From Eubacteriales bacterium (GTDB lineage: Bacteria; Bacillota; Clostridia; Oscillospirales; CAG-272): DNA of 41,999 nucleotides. The notes beneath the pieces are model-generated. The model ran no database searches, was not told the origin of the DNA, and saw nothing but the letters and a program-made list of their open reading frames with translations. The translations under genes were made by a program, and so were the position numbers. How positions within the stretch are numbered: the first letter of the stretch is position 1; each line of letters opens with the position of its first letter. Shown piece by piece: positions 33,813 to 41,999 of this stretch. Where the stretch lies: the NCBI GenBank assembly GCA_045633665.1, contig JAZQYT010000088.1, forward strand, positions 1 to 41,999, written 5' to 3'.

Positions 33813-34760
33813 TCAATAGAATGTGGCTACTTCCTGAATCGGTTTGGCCGCAAATTCGGTCTTTTCGGCATACAGTACAGGGCCGGGTCTGCCATACAAT
33901 TTGTGCTTTTCTACCTTGATCTTTGCGGTCAAGATTGTCCAATCCCTTGTTTTGAAATTGATCGCAGAGGGAAAATTACACACAAGACCATTGTATTCAA
34001 TATCGTCCGCACAGCAGGTCATAACGTGGCGGCCTATGATCAACGAGGATTTGCCCAGCTTGGGATCACGCGCAACAATGCCCTTGAAGCGCACGGTCTT
34101 GCCATGATATTTATCGGTTTCCTCAGCCAGATCACGGTACCAGATCGCATAATCCTCATCCTTGATGTCAATGACAGGTGCGTCAATGTCAAAGGGCAGC
34201 GGATCCTCGATCTCGTCATACTCCACGTGTCCATCCGGATAATCGTAGGTAATGGTCGCTCTGACGCTGACGCTGCGGACAACGCGGTGGATCTCTTCCT
34301 TATCGATCACCTCGGGAGTGCGATTGAGCACGATCATTTCGCAGGCCTGCAGCTTATCCACCATCAGCTGGCGCATATTAGCATTATAGTTCAGAAACGT
34401 ATTTGCATCTGCAAACATCATATTCTGGAAAACAAACCAATCTGCAGGCAATGCGGCATACAAGCGATCCAAGAGCCACATGCCGTTATATTCAATGATC
34501 ACGCGGTCGATCTTGTGCTTTTTATAGAGCAGAGTGAGCATATCGCGCGTAAGATCCTCAGGATCGTCGATCAGCTCAAAATAGCAGTTCTTACCCCAAA
34601 AGCGGTCAAGCTCAAGCTCTTCAATGCCCTCTTCGCACATGATGATCAACGTTTTTTCACCCGAATTGAAGCGTTGATCTTCCATGGATTCCTGAATAAT
34701 ATGCGTCTTACCGCCCTCAAGGAAGCCTGTAAACAGATATACGGGTATCTTTTGTGCCAT
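33813..34760 (-). CDS. CobW-like G3E GTPase paralog (no CXCC) fused to a DUF1980/TIGR03943-like C-terminal CCxxD domain
   Basis: A 315-aa ORF with P-loop-like GFLEGGKT near the N-terminus. The C-terminal segment is TVRFKGIVARDPKLGKSSLIIGRHVMTCCADDIEYNGLV. The RBS GGAGGG lies inside the end of the upstream gene. Confidence 0.55.
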   Translation of the reverse strand: MAQKIPVYLFTGFLEGGKTHIIQESMEDQRFNSGEKTLIIMCEEGIEELELDRFWGKNCYFELIDDPEDLTRDMLTLLYKKHKIDRVIIEYNGMWLLDRLYAALPADWFVFQNMMFADANTFLNYNANMRQLMVDKLQACEMIVLNRTPEVIDKEEIHRVVRSVSVRATITYDYPDGHVEYDEIEDPLPFDIDAPVIDIKDEDYAIWYRDLAEETDKYHGKTVRFKGIVARDPKLGKSSLIIGRHVMTCCADDIEYNGLVCNFPSAINFKTRDWTILTAKIKVEKHKLYGRPGPVLYAEKTEFAAKPIQEVATFY

Positions 34761-34762
34761 GA

Positions 34763-35908
34763 TCAGCCCTCCGATTTTTTAAGCGTAACGCCCAGAAGTG
34801 CGCTGATCTCATCAATTTTGAGTCCCGAGCCGATCACGCACAGTCTACCGATGATACCTGCAGCACCGTTGCGGATGTCAGGTTCACCGGGCACGTAATC
34901 AAAGTGGATCCAGTTGCCGTCATCACCTGCAACAATGCCCTTAGCACGCAGCACGATGCCGTATTTTCCTTCATCACAAAGCTCTTCCAGCTGCTGCGCG
35001 AGTGCATCCTTGTTGAATTTCGCCGTCGTTTCGGCACCTGCGCTGACAAACACTTCATCTGCATGATGGTGATGATGGTGATGTCCGCCGCAACCGCAGC
35101 TACAGCCCTCACCGTGTTCGTCGTGATCATGGTGATGGTGATGATGCTCATGATCATGGCAGCCGCAATCACAATCCTCATCGTGATCGTGATGATGGTG
35201 ATGCTCATGATCGTGGCAGCCGCAATCACAATCATCGTCGTGATCGTGATGATGGTGGTGCTCGTGGTCATGATGATGCGCATGCGCCAATCTTTCCAGC
35301 TCTGCTTCAAGCGTATCCTTGCGCTCCATCGCTTCAAGCAGCTGTGCAGCACTCAGATCGTCCCATTCGGTAGTTACGATAGTCGCGGTCGCGTTATGCT
35401 CACGCAGCATTGCTACACAATCCGCGATCTTTTTCTCGCTTGCCGCACCCGTGTGTGACAGCACGATGCATCCTGCGTTTGCAACCTGATCGTTGAAGAA
35501 TTCACCGAAATTCTTCATATACATTTTGCATTTGCCTGCGTCCACGACCGTGGTGAAGGCATTCAGCTCTGCGCCCTCGATCTCCAGATTCTGTACTGCT
35601 CTGATCACGTCGGAAAGCTTACCGACACCCGATGGCTCGATCAGAATTCTGTCGGGAGCGTACTGCTCCAGCACCTGTGTCAGAGCTTTGCCAAAGTCGC
35701 CCACCAGCGAGCAACAAATGCAGCCCGAGTTCATTTCATTGATTTGAATACCTGCCTCGGCCAAAAAGCCACCGTCAATGCCGATCTCGCCAAATTCATT
35801 TTCGATCAGCACCAGCTTTTCGCCCGTATATGCTTCCTCAATCATCTTTTTGATCAGCGTGGTCTTACCAGCGCCCAAAAAACCCGAAAAAATATCAATC
35901 TTGGTCAT
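34763..35908 (-). CDS. COG0523 (CobW/ZigA/YeiR-type) G3E GTPase metallochaperone with a long His/Cys-rich insert
   Basis: A 381-aa ORF with Walker A GFLGAGKTT, the ENEFGE motif, and the CXCC motif GCICCS. A 74-aa insert (aa 209-282) is dominated by His, Asp and Cys. Confidence 0.8.
   Translation of the reverse strand: MTKIDIFSGFLGAGKTTLIKKMIEEAYTGEKLVLIENEFGEIGIDGGFLAEAGIQINEMNSGCICCSLVGDFGKALTQVLEQYAPDRILIEPSGVGKLSDVIRAVQNLEIEGAELNAFTTVVDAGKCKMYMKNFGEFFNDQVANAGCIVLSHTGAASEKKIADCVAMLREHNATATIVTTEWDDLSAAQLLEAMERKDTLEAELERLAHAHHHDHEHHHHHDHDDDCDCGCHDHEHHHHHDHDEDCDCGCHDHEHHHHHHDHDEHGEGCSCGCGGHHHHHHHADEVFVSAGAETTAKFNKDALAQQLEELCDEGKYGIVLRAKGIVAGDDGNWIHFDYVPGEPDIRNGAAGIIGRLCVIGSGLKIDEISALLGVTLKKSEG
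35159..35272. repeat. 2 x 57-bp in-frame tandem duplication inside the His/Cys-rich insert
   Basis: Unit 1 (35159-35215) and unit 2 (35216-35272) are about 50 of 57 identical. Each encodes HDHEHHHHHDHD[DE]DCDCGC. Confidence 0.8.
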
Positions 35909-35920
35909 GTTTATACCTTC

Positions 35921-37621
35921 TTAGTTTTTATTCTTTGTGCCTCTGTAAACATAGTTGAGTCTGCCCAGAGGTGCGGCATCACCCTTATCGTAAAAGTCCT
36001 CAATGCTTGTCAGTTCCTCGGTGCTGTCCGCAACCTTGAACCAGATGGTAAAGTCATCGCGGTCAAGATCCAACGCTGCGCGAGGTGCAATCAAGAGCAG
36101 CGTGTTTTCGGATTGGCGGTAAACCACGTCACCGAAATCAGCAGCGCGCAAACCATCCACAATGATAGCCATGGTGCTCTTGTGATCCCCGTCAGGTGTG
36201 TTATTGAGCACGTATTTATACTCCTTGCCGCCGTCGGTATTCAGAAACACCTTCATCCACGTGCCGGTTCCGTCGTAAGACGTGATCGGCTTTTTGGTTA
36301 CGATGCCGAAATACAGAAAATCGTCGTCGTGGCTGACGGTCACGTCCACGATTGCGTTGCGCTGGGTATGGTTTTCATAAACCGTACCGGAGCCCTGTGC
36401 GCTTCTTGCAAAATCACCGTCCGAGAAGTTATGATACTCTGCCCATACCTCTTCAGCCTCGTCCTGCTCGGTATCGTTATAATAATCCACGGGAGTAAGC
36501 TCTGCAAAGGTATCGTATTGGTCCACGCCCTTATACTTACGAACGTAATCGACAAGCTGCATGAAATAGTTGTCAAAATACCCGCCGCGCATCATTTCAA
36601 TATCACGGCTGTATTCATAGTTGGCACAGTCCACAAACATAATGGGACGCTGGGGAATCCCCTGCCATCTGCCCGCGATCCATTCGTTCCAGCCTGTGAC
36701 AAGCACGATGGGCGGATCTGTCTCAATGGCACGTTCAAACTGCTCAGCAAAGTTATAACCGTGCAGATATGCATCGGGATCGGGATCGTTGTGCATATCG
36801 TGGAAGCCTCTGCCGTTGTTATCGGTCTCACCGTACATGACCGAGTCACCGAAGCGAAGCTGCGGGTGCTGCGCAACGGACACGTTGATGACCTCATCCT
36901 CGCCCTTGAGGTTGCCAAAGACGCGCTGCGGACGGGTAAAGTCCATCCAAGGCCAACCGCCCAGCTTATCCGGCTCGTTGGGCCACTGCGACATTTTGAT
37001 ATTGAAGAATTCTCTGCACTCAGGCGAGCATTCCTCCTCTACCGCAATAATGACAGGCTTGCCTTCATAGTAGAACCAGGTATCGGGACAGTACTTTGCA
37101 GCATAGATCTTGTCGTAGATCTCCTGCACCGTTTTGCCCGAATGGGTGTTTGTGTAGAACATGACCTTGGGGATCTTCCATCCGTCCTTGGCATATTCAT
37201 CCAGTACGCGCATGACAATCTTGACATTGTTCTCATAGATGCACGCATTGGTGGTATCAAAGAACAAAAAGTCGATATCTGCCTGGATCAACAGCTTCAT
37301 ATGGCGACGGACAACCCACTCATCGTTAGAATAATAATATCCGAAGAAGGGCTCTCCCCAATGGTGATACGTGCCGATTTTTCCCCAATAATCAGCCTCA
37401 GGATGTTCTCCTGCATCGGGATGCTCGGCTGTGATCTTGGAAATATCATAGGGCTTATGCTTGCCATGCTCACCAAGCCACAAAAAGTAGAACATTCCAA
37501 CAAGTCGGTTTTCTCTGCGGGCGGGAGCATTTTCGCAGTCAGCAGTCATTCTGCCAAGTGCATCTGTCGCCATCAAAGGGCCGTTTGCATAATTTTTGTA
37601 CTGTTCCATAAGACTCTCCAT
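35921..37621 (-). CDS. cytoplasmic glycosidase-like protein of uncertain family
   Basis: A 566-aa ORF with no signal peptide. The segment FYFLWLGEHG...YHHWGEPFFGYYYSNDEWVVRRHMKLLIQADIDFLFFDTTN resembles TIM-barrel glycan-active enzymes. The start is ambiguous between ATG 37621 and ATG 37609. Confidence 0.4.
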   Translation of the reverse strand: MESLMEQYKNYANGPLMATDALGRMTADCENAPARRENRLVGMFYFLWLGEHGKHKPYDISKITAEHPDAGEHPEADYWGKIGTYHHWGEPFFGYYYSNDEWVVRRHMKLLIQADIDFLFFDTTNACIYENNVKIVMRVLDEYAKDGWKIPKVMFYTNTHSGKTVQEIYDKIYAAKYCPDTWFYYEGKPVIIAVEEECSPECREFFNIKMSQWPNEPDKLGGWPWMDFTRPQRVFGNLKGEDEVINVSVAQHPQLRFGDSVMYGETDNNGRGFHDMHNDPDPDAYLHGYNFAEQFERAIETDPPIVLVTGWNEWIAGRWQGIPQRPIMFVDCANYEYSRDIEMMRGGYFDNYFMQLVDYVRKYKGVDQYDTFAELTPVDYYNDTEQDEAEEVWAEYHNFSDGDFARSAQGSGTVYENHTQRNAIVDVTVSHDDDFLYFGIVTKKPITSYDGTGTWMKVFLNTDGGKEYKYVLNNTPDGDHKSTMAIIVDGLRAADFGDVVYRQSENTLLLIAPRAALDLDRDDFTIWFKVADSTEELTSIEDFYDKGDAAPLGRLNYVYRGTKNKN

Positions 37622-37626
37622 AGTAT

Positions 37627-37983
37627 TTATTCGATATAGGACGTGACGATAATGTCCGCTCCGGTATCAAGGATATTGGCTACGATGATCTCGCCCTGAC
37701 GCACGCCGTCAGGAACGCGAAGCGTGTTGATCAGCTTCATCGCGTCAAATAAAAGCTCCTTGGGTATTGCTTTGTTGGATTTGACAGCAACCACCTCACC
37801 GCGCTCTGTCATAGCGGTGGTGGTCAGCGTTCTTGTCGGGCAGGTACACTCCGCAACGGCATAATCCTTGCCTCTTTTGCAAGCGTTTCCTTTGACCGAC
37901 AATACGTTCTTATCCTCATGCTCGACTGTTAAGGTACAGCCGCGAGGACAGATGATACAAGTCATTTCACGAATATTTATCAT
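37627..37983 (-). CDS. DUF1667 domain protein
   Basis: A 118-aa ORF with Cys motifs CIICPRGC and GNACKRG. It is a usual third partner of the GlpA-like and pyridine-nucleotide-disulfide oxidoreductase pair. Confidence 0.75.
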   Translation of the reverse strand: MINIREMTCIICPRGCTLTVEHEDKNVLSVKGNACKRGKDYAVAECTCPTRTLTTTAMTERGEVVAVKSNKAIPKELLFDAMKLINTLRVPDGVRQGEIIVANILDTGADIIVTSYIE

Positions 37984-37990
37984 AATCTTA

Positions 37991-39232
37991 TCACTCCAAA
38001 CCTATGCTTATCTCGCCCGTACCGATCTCTGCCAGCACGTCAGCGCCCAGCTTGACAGTTTCCATCTCACCGGGGGCAAGCTTGATCTTTTTCTTATTTG
38101 AGATCACGCGATCACCGCATCTGACTACGACCTTTTTATCGCGGTAAACGTCGGACACGCGGAAATATACTACGGTATCCTGTGCCTTGGTGATGCGCTG
38201 CGGCACGGTATAGCGTACACCTGACGTGGGCAGCACGCAAATGTCCACGCTGTCGGTCTGCTTGCCCGTCAGATAATCGGCAGCTGCACAGCCTGCGATT
38301 TCTGCCTCTTCGGACACGTAGTCCACAAGGTCATGCACGTGCAGCACGTTGCCGCATGCAAATACACCGGGGATCGAGGTCTGTCTGTTCTGATCTGTCA
38401 CAGCGCCGCCCGTGATGCGGTCGATATCAATGCCCGCACCCTTGGTCAACTCGTTCTCGGGCAAAAGGCCGCAGGAAAGCAGCAGCGTGTCACATGCAAT
38501 ATACTGCTCGGTCTCCTTGATCGGTCTGCGCTGCTCATCCACCTTGGCAATGGTCACGCCCGTGACTCTGTCCTTGCCGTGGATTTGCACGACCGTATGA
38601 GAGAGCATGAGCGGAATGCCGAAATCGTTCAAACATTGCTCAATATTTCTTGCAAGACCGCCCGAATAAGGCATCAGCTCACAAACAGCCTTGACCTTGG
38701 CGCCCTCCAGCGTCATGCGGCGTGCCATGATCAGTCCGATATCACCCGAGCCGAGGATCACGACTTCCCTTCCCGGCATGTAGCCCTTGATATTGACGTA
38801 TTTCTGTGCAGTACCCGCGGTATAAATACCCGAGGGACGTGCGCCTGCGATATTGAGCGCACCCTTGGGACGCTCGCGACAGCCCATAGCCAGAATGATC
38901 GCGTCTGCCTTTATGTGCATAATGCCGTCCACAGGGTTGACTGCGGTGATCTGCTTATCGGGAGTGATCTTTGTCACCATAGTACCAACCTTATAGGGAA
39001 TGTTCAGCTCCTTGACCTGCTCTATATATCGGGATGCATATTCGGGGCCTGTCAGCTCCTCGCCAAACTTGTGCAGGCCAAAGCCGTTATGAATACATTG
39101 GCGAAGAATGCCGCCCAGGTGCGCTTCGCGCTCAAGTATCAGAATATCCTTGACGCCAGCCTTATATGCTGCCACTGCCGCACTCATGCCTGCAGGGCCG
39201 CCGCCGACGATAACAAGTGAAACCTTAATCAT
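37991..39232 (-). CDS. NAD(P)/FAD-dependent oxidoreductase (pyridine nucleotide-disulfide family)
   Basis: I placed the start at MIKVSLVIVGGGPAGMSAA (ATG is the rc of 39230-39232, after GGAGGG). A second Rossmann motif is VVILGSGDIGLIMA. It overlaps the upstream gene by 8 nt. Confidence 0.75.
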   Translation of the reverse strand: MIKVSLVIVGGGPAGMSAAVAAYKAGVKDILILEREAHLGGILRQCIHNGFGLHKFGEELTGPEYASRYIEQVKELNIPYKVGTMVTKITPDKQITAVNPVDGIMHIKADAIILAMGCRERPKGALNIAGARPSGIYTAGTAQKYVNIKGYMPGREVVILGSGDIGLIMARRMTLEGAKVKAVCELMPYSGGLARNIEQCLNDFGIPLMLSHTVVQIHGKDRVTGVTIAKVDEQRRPIKETEQYIACDTLLLSCGLLPENELTKGAGIDIDRITGGAVTDQNRQTSIPGVFACGNVLHVHDLVDYVSEEAEIAGCAAADYLTGKQTDSVDICVLPTSGVRYTVPQRITKAQDTVVYFRVSDVYRDKKVVVRCGDRVISNKKKIKLAPGEMETVKLGADVLAEIGTGEISIGLE

Positions 39233-40670
39233 TCGCCTTCCCTCCTTTTGTTCTGCCGTAATTGATGATGGACGCACCGCCCGATTTGGTGACCTGCTCG
39301 TAGGGGATGTTCAGCTCTTTGGAAAGGATCTCCACGACGATCGAGGAGCAAAAGCCTCCCTGGCATCTGCCCATGCCGCTGCGCGTGCGACGCTTGACAC
39401 CGTCCACGTCACGCGCACCCGGATTGGTACGGATGGCGTATAAGATCTCACCCTCGGTCACCTCTTCGCAACGGCAGACCATGTTGCCGTATGCGGGCTC
39501 TTTTGCAATCACCTCGTTTTTCTGCTCGTCGTCAAGCTTGCGATACCAGCCGGAGGGCTTGCGGATGGGATTCCAAGTTTCCTTTTTTTGCATGGCAAGA
39601 CCTTGCGCTTCAAGCAGCTCCACGCAATATTCGCCCAGTGCGGGGGCACTTGTAAGGCCGGGGCTTTCAATGCCGCCGAACGTGATAAATCCGGGAGCAG
39701 AGGCATGAATGATAAAGTCCCCCGTGCTGCCGACTGCACGCAAGCCGGTAAAGCTTGTGATCACACTGCCGAACGGAATTCCCTTGATATATCTTGCGCT
39801 TTGTGCGCGAATGCTCGCGATACCTGCTGCGGTGGTATCGTTGTCCTCTTTATCGGTCAGCTCCTCTGCGGTGGGTCCAAGCATGACGTTACCACCCGTG
39901 GTGGCGGTGACAAGAATGCCCTTGCCCTTGGGAGTGGGCGTGGAAAACAGCGTGTAATTGGTCAGAAAAGGCGTGCATGCCTTGTCCAGCACCATATATT
40001 CACCGCGTCTGGGGTGAACCGAGAAGGAATTGTCCCCTACCATGGCTGCGATCTTATCGGAATACAGCCCCGCTGCGTTGACAACGTATCTTGCCTGTAC
40101 GGACTGCTTGTCTGCATACAGCGTATATACATCGTCCGCATATTCAATACGATCAACCTCAAAATTGCGGATAAACTGCGCCCCGTTATCCATTGCGTTT
40201 CCAAGAGCGGCATCGCAAAGGCCAAACGGGCTGACGATCGCGCCCGTAGGCGCCCAAAGCGCACAGGTGACCTCGTCGGTCACGTTGGGTTCAAGCGCAA
40301 GGACACCCTCGCGATCAAGTATCGCAAGTCCCATGACACCGTTTTTGACACCGCGCTCGTAAAGCTCCTCGAGCGTTGCTCTGTCCTCTTGGCCATAGCC
40401 AAGCACCAAAGAGCCGTTGCGCACGTACTTTACACCAAGCTCTGCGCATACCTTTTCCATCATTTCAGAACCCTGCACGTTAAAGCGAGCCTTGAGAGAG
40501 CCCGGCTTTGCGTCAAAGCCTGCATGTACAATGGCGCTGTTTGCGCGGGAAGCACCCGTGCATACGTCGTTTGCTCTGTCAACAACGCATATATCCAGCT
40601 GATATGCGGACAGCGCGCGTGCACAAAGTGCGCCCACGACGCCCGCACCGATAATACAAACGTCAAACAT
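39225..40670 (-). CDS. FAD-dependent oxidoreductase, GlpA/glycerol-3-phosphate dehydrogenase-like, with BFD-like [2Fe-2S] domain
   Basis: I placed the start at MFDVCIIGAGVVGA (ATG is the rc of 40668-40670, after GGAGG). The BFD-like motif is CRCEEVTEGEI...GMGRCQGGFC. Confidence 0.75.
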   Translation of the reverse strand: MFDVCIIGAGVVGALCARALSAYQLDICVVDRANDVCTGASRANSAIVHAGFDAKPGSLKARFNVQGSEMMEKVCAELGVKYVRNGSLVLGYGQEDRATLEELYERGVKNGVMGLAILDREGVLALEPNVTDEVTCALWAPTGAIVSPFGLCDAALGNAMDNGAQFIRNFEVDRIEYADDVYTLYADKQSVQARYVVNAAGLYSDKIAAMVGDNSFSVHPRRGEYMVLDKACTPFLTNYTLFSTPTPKGKGILVTATTGGNVMLGPTAEELTDKEDNDTTAAGIASIRAQSARYIKGIPFGSVITSFTGLRAVGSTGDFIIHASAPGFITFGGIESPGLTSAPALGEYCVELLEAQGLAMQKKETWNPIRKPSGWYRKLDDEQKNEVIAKEPAYGNMVCRCEEVTEGEILYAIRTNPGARDVDGVKRRTRSGMGRCQGGFCSSIVVEILSKELNIPYEQVTKSGGASIINYGRTKGGKAND

Positions 40671-40711
40671 AGAATATACCTCCATAAATCCATAATAACC
40701 CTATTATAAAT

Positions 40712-40740
40712 ATTATAACACTATATTATCGTTTCGTCAA
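40712..40740 (-). promoter_or_regulatory. sigma-70-type promoter of the 7-gene operon
   Basis: The minus strand reads TTGACG (rc of 40735-40740), a 17-nt spacer, then TATAAT (rc of 40712-40717). Confidence 0.6.
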
Positions 40741-40759
40741 GAAATGATGCGTTTTTTTA

Positions 40760-40788
40760 TTGACAAATTTCATTTGCTGTGATAAACT
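40760..40788 (+). promoter_or_regulatory. sigma-70-type promoter of the divergent beta-propeller gene
   Basis: TTGACA (40760-40765), a 17-nt spacer, then TAAACT (40783-40788). Confidence 0.55.
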
Positions 40789-40830
40789 GAAACCAACAAA
40801 TCTTTACACCGATGCACAAGGAGGTCGTTA

Positions 40831-41999
40831 TGGCAAAGCATTTCAAACTGCAACTTCCCGACACGGGCAAGGACGTTTATATGATCAGAGAGAATCAGAC
40901 GTGGGGCTACCGTTACGGTCCTTCCATTATGGTGGAGGGCGACGTTTGCCGCGCATGGTTTGCCTCCCCCGGTGACTGCTTTGAGGCAGACTGGTTTACC
41001 TACCGCGAATCCTTTGACAAGGGAGAAACATGGACGGACGAGCGCGTGGTGCTGACACCAACACCCGATTCGATGGACTGGTTTTCGGTTTGCGATCCTG
41101 CCGTTTTCAAATACGGCAAGTATTATTACATCGGATACACCTCCACCATTTTTGCCGATGGAGGCGGTGTTTGCAACAACGGCTTTGTAGCACGCTCCGA
41201 GCATCCCGACGGTCCCTTTTATAAATGGACGGGTGACGGCTGGGGCGAGATGCGCGGTAACCTGATCTGGATGGGCAAGCCTGCGCCCATCATCTACTAT
41301 GATGAGGATTGGAAGCATTGGGGCGCGGGAGAGTTTTCTTTCGTAGTCAAGAATGACGTGCTATACATATATTACACCTGGACCTCCAAAAAGGCAGACG
41401 GCACGGGATATTCGCAAACGCGCGTAGCAACAGCAGATATCACGCGTGAGGATTGGCCGCGTACCATCGTGCAGCACGGTGTTGCAGCGGTGCGTAATTC
41501 GGGCGCGAACGATTCCTATGATGTTGTGTATTGCGAGGAGCTTGACAAATTCATCGCGCTCTCTACCGACAAACGCTTTTCCAAGGAAAGCTTTCTTTCC
41601 GTTTCCGAATCTGATGACGGCCTACGCTTTACACGCGAAAACGATATACGCACAAACACCTGCTTTATCCTGCACAACTGTGGCATATCTGGTGACGCGC
41701 AGCACCATATCAGGCACGGCGACACGCTGCTTTTGGGCTACGCCTACGGCAACAGCTGGGGAAAATGGGGTACACGTTTGCACAGATATGAGTATTCGTT
41801 CATGGACGAGGACTACCATTCAGAGCTGGATCAGCCAAATCTGGAAATCGAAAGCATTCCGTGGGAGCGCAATCCCGACATGCAGCCCATGATCCTGACG
41901 GCTGCCAAGCCGCACTATGTCCGCCTCAAGCCCGATACGTCTGCACCTCTTACATTTGTGACCTATGATTCCTGTTACGAGCCCAAGGCCATCGATCCG
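40831..41999 (+). CDS. Asp-box (BNR) beta-propeller glycosidase-like protein, C-terminally truncated by the window edge
   Basis: It is not in the ORF track because there is no stop before the edge. ATG 40831 follows AAGGAGG. Hand translation gives MAKHFKLQLPDTGKDVYMIRENQTWGYRYGPSIMVEGD.... It has the Asp-box SFDKGETW and a second, weaker one, SESDDGLRF. Confidence 0.55.

Noticed and set aside
35744-37639. Very long + strand ORFs that mirror real minus-strand genes. Examples are 35744..37639 (631 aa), 29401..30822 (473 aa), 27747..28781, 23534..24529, 33903..34898, 39588..40709, 15609..16511, 944..1738 and 1754..2608.
   Set aside because: Each lies antisense to an ORF with clear family motifs (asnS, COG0523, LRR proteins, flavoproteins and others). 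Their translations lack recognisable motifs, good RBSs and promoters. They look like shadow ORFs of the opposite strand.
40671-40760. AT-rich direct and palindromic sequence (TTATAAATATTATAA) between the divergent promoters, considered as a possible Zur or other metalloregulator box for the COG0523-containing operon.
   Set aside because: It does not match the Firmicutes Zur consensus as I remember it, and it overlaps the -10 region. It is indistinguishable from ordinary AT-rich promoter DNA without a PWM scan.

Overview
The window looks like chromosomal DNA from a Gram-positive anaerobe. I infer a Clostridia-like organism from GGAGG-type RBSs, a MecA-like adaptor, many near-consensus TTGACA-N17-TATAAT promoters and BspA-type LRR proteins. 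Nearly all genes are on the minus strand; only 11.2-13.5 kb and the last 1.2 kb are on the plus strand. There are no rRNA or tRNA genes, no CRISPR array and no recognisable transposase, integrase or phage genes.

Content from left to right:
- A truncated secreted protein.
- A GH78-like rhamnosidase.
- A TIGR01212 radical-SAM gene interrupted by one in-frame TAG.
- A visibly AT-richer islet (about 3.6-6.0 kb) of small orphan secreted or membrane genes, separated by a composite GTAAC/GGGGACGG hairpin repeat.
- A sigma-70-family sigma factor with a DUF4367-like anti-sigma protein.
- An aminotransferase and an XPD/DinG-like helicase.
- mecA-like, family-4 UDG and AEC transporter genes.
- A DUF4091 (GH123-like) lipoprotein.
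- An array at 16.6-29.4 kb of five paralogous two-gene modules, each a small ECF-like sigma factor followed by a single-pass membrane protein with an extracellular BspA-type LRR domain.
- asnS.
- A tightly packed 7-gene operon (31.8-40.7 kb) combining a GlpA-like/DUF1667 flavoprotein trio, two glycosidase-like proteins and two COG0523 (CobW) metallochaperone paralogs.
- A divergent Asp-box beta-propeller protein that runs off the right edge.

The sigma/LRR array is the most notable feature. The five modules share 4-nt ATGA overlaps, an ECF-style promoter motif and a conserved juxtamembrane domain. The layout resembles multi-paralog SigI/RsgI sensing systems but has a different sensor domain.

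All family assignments come from reading motifs in the supplied translations. No database search was run.
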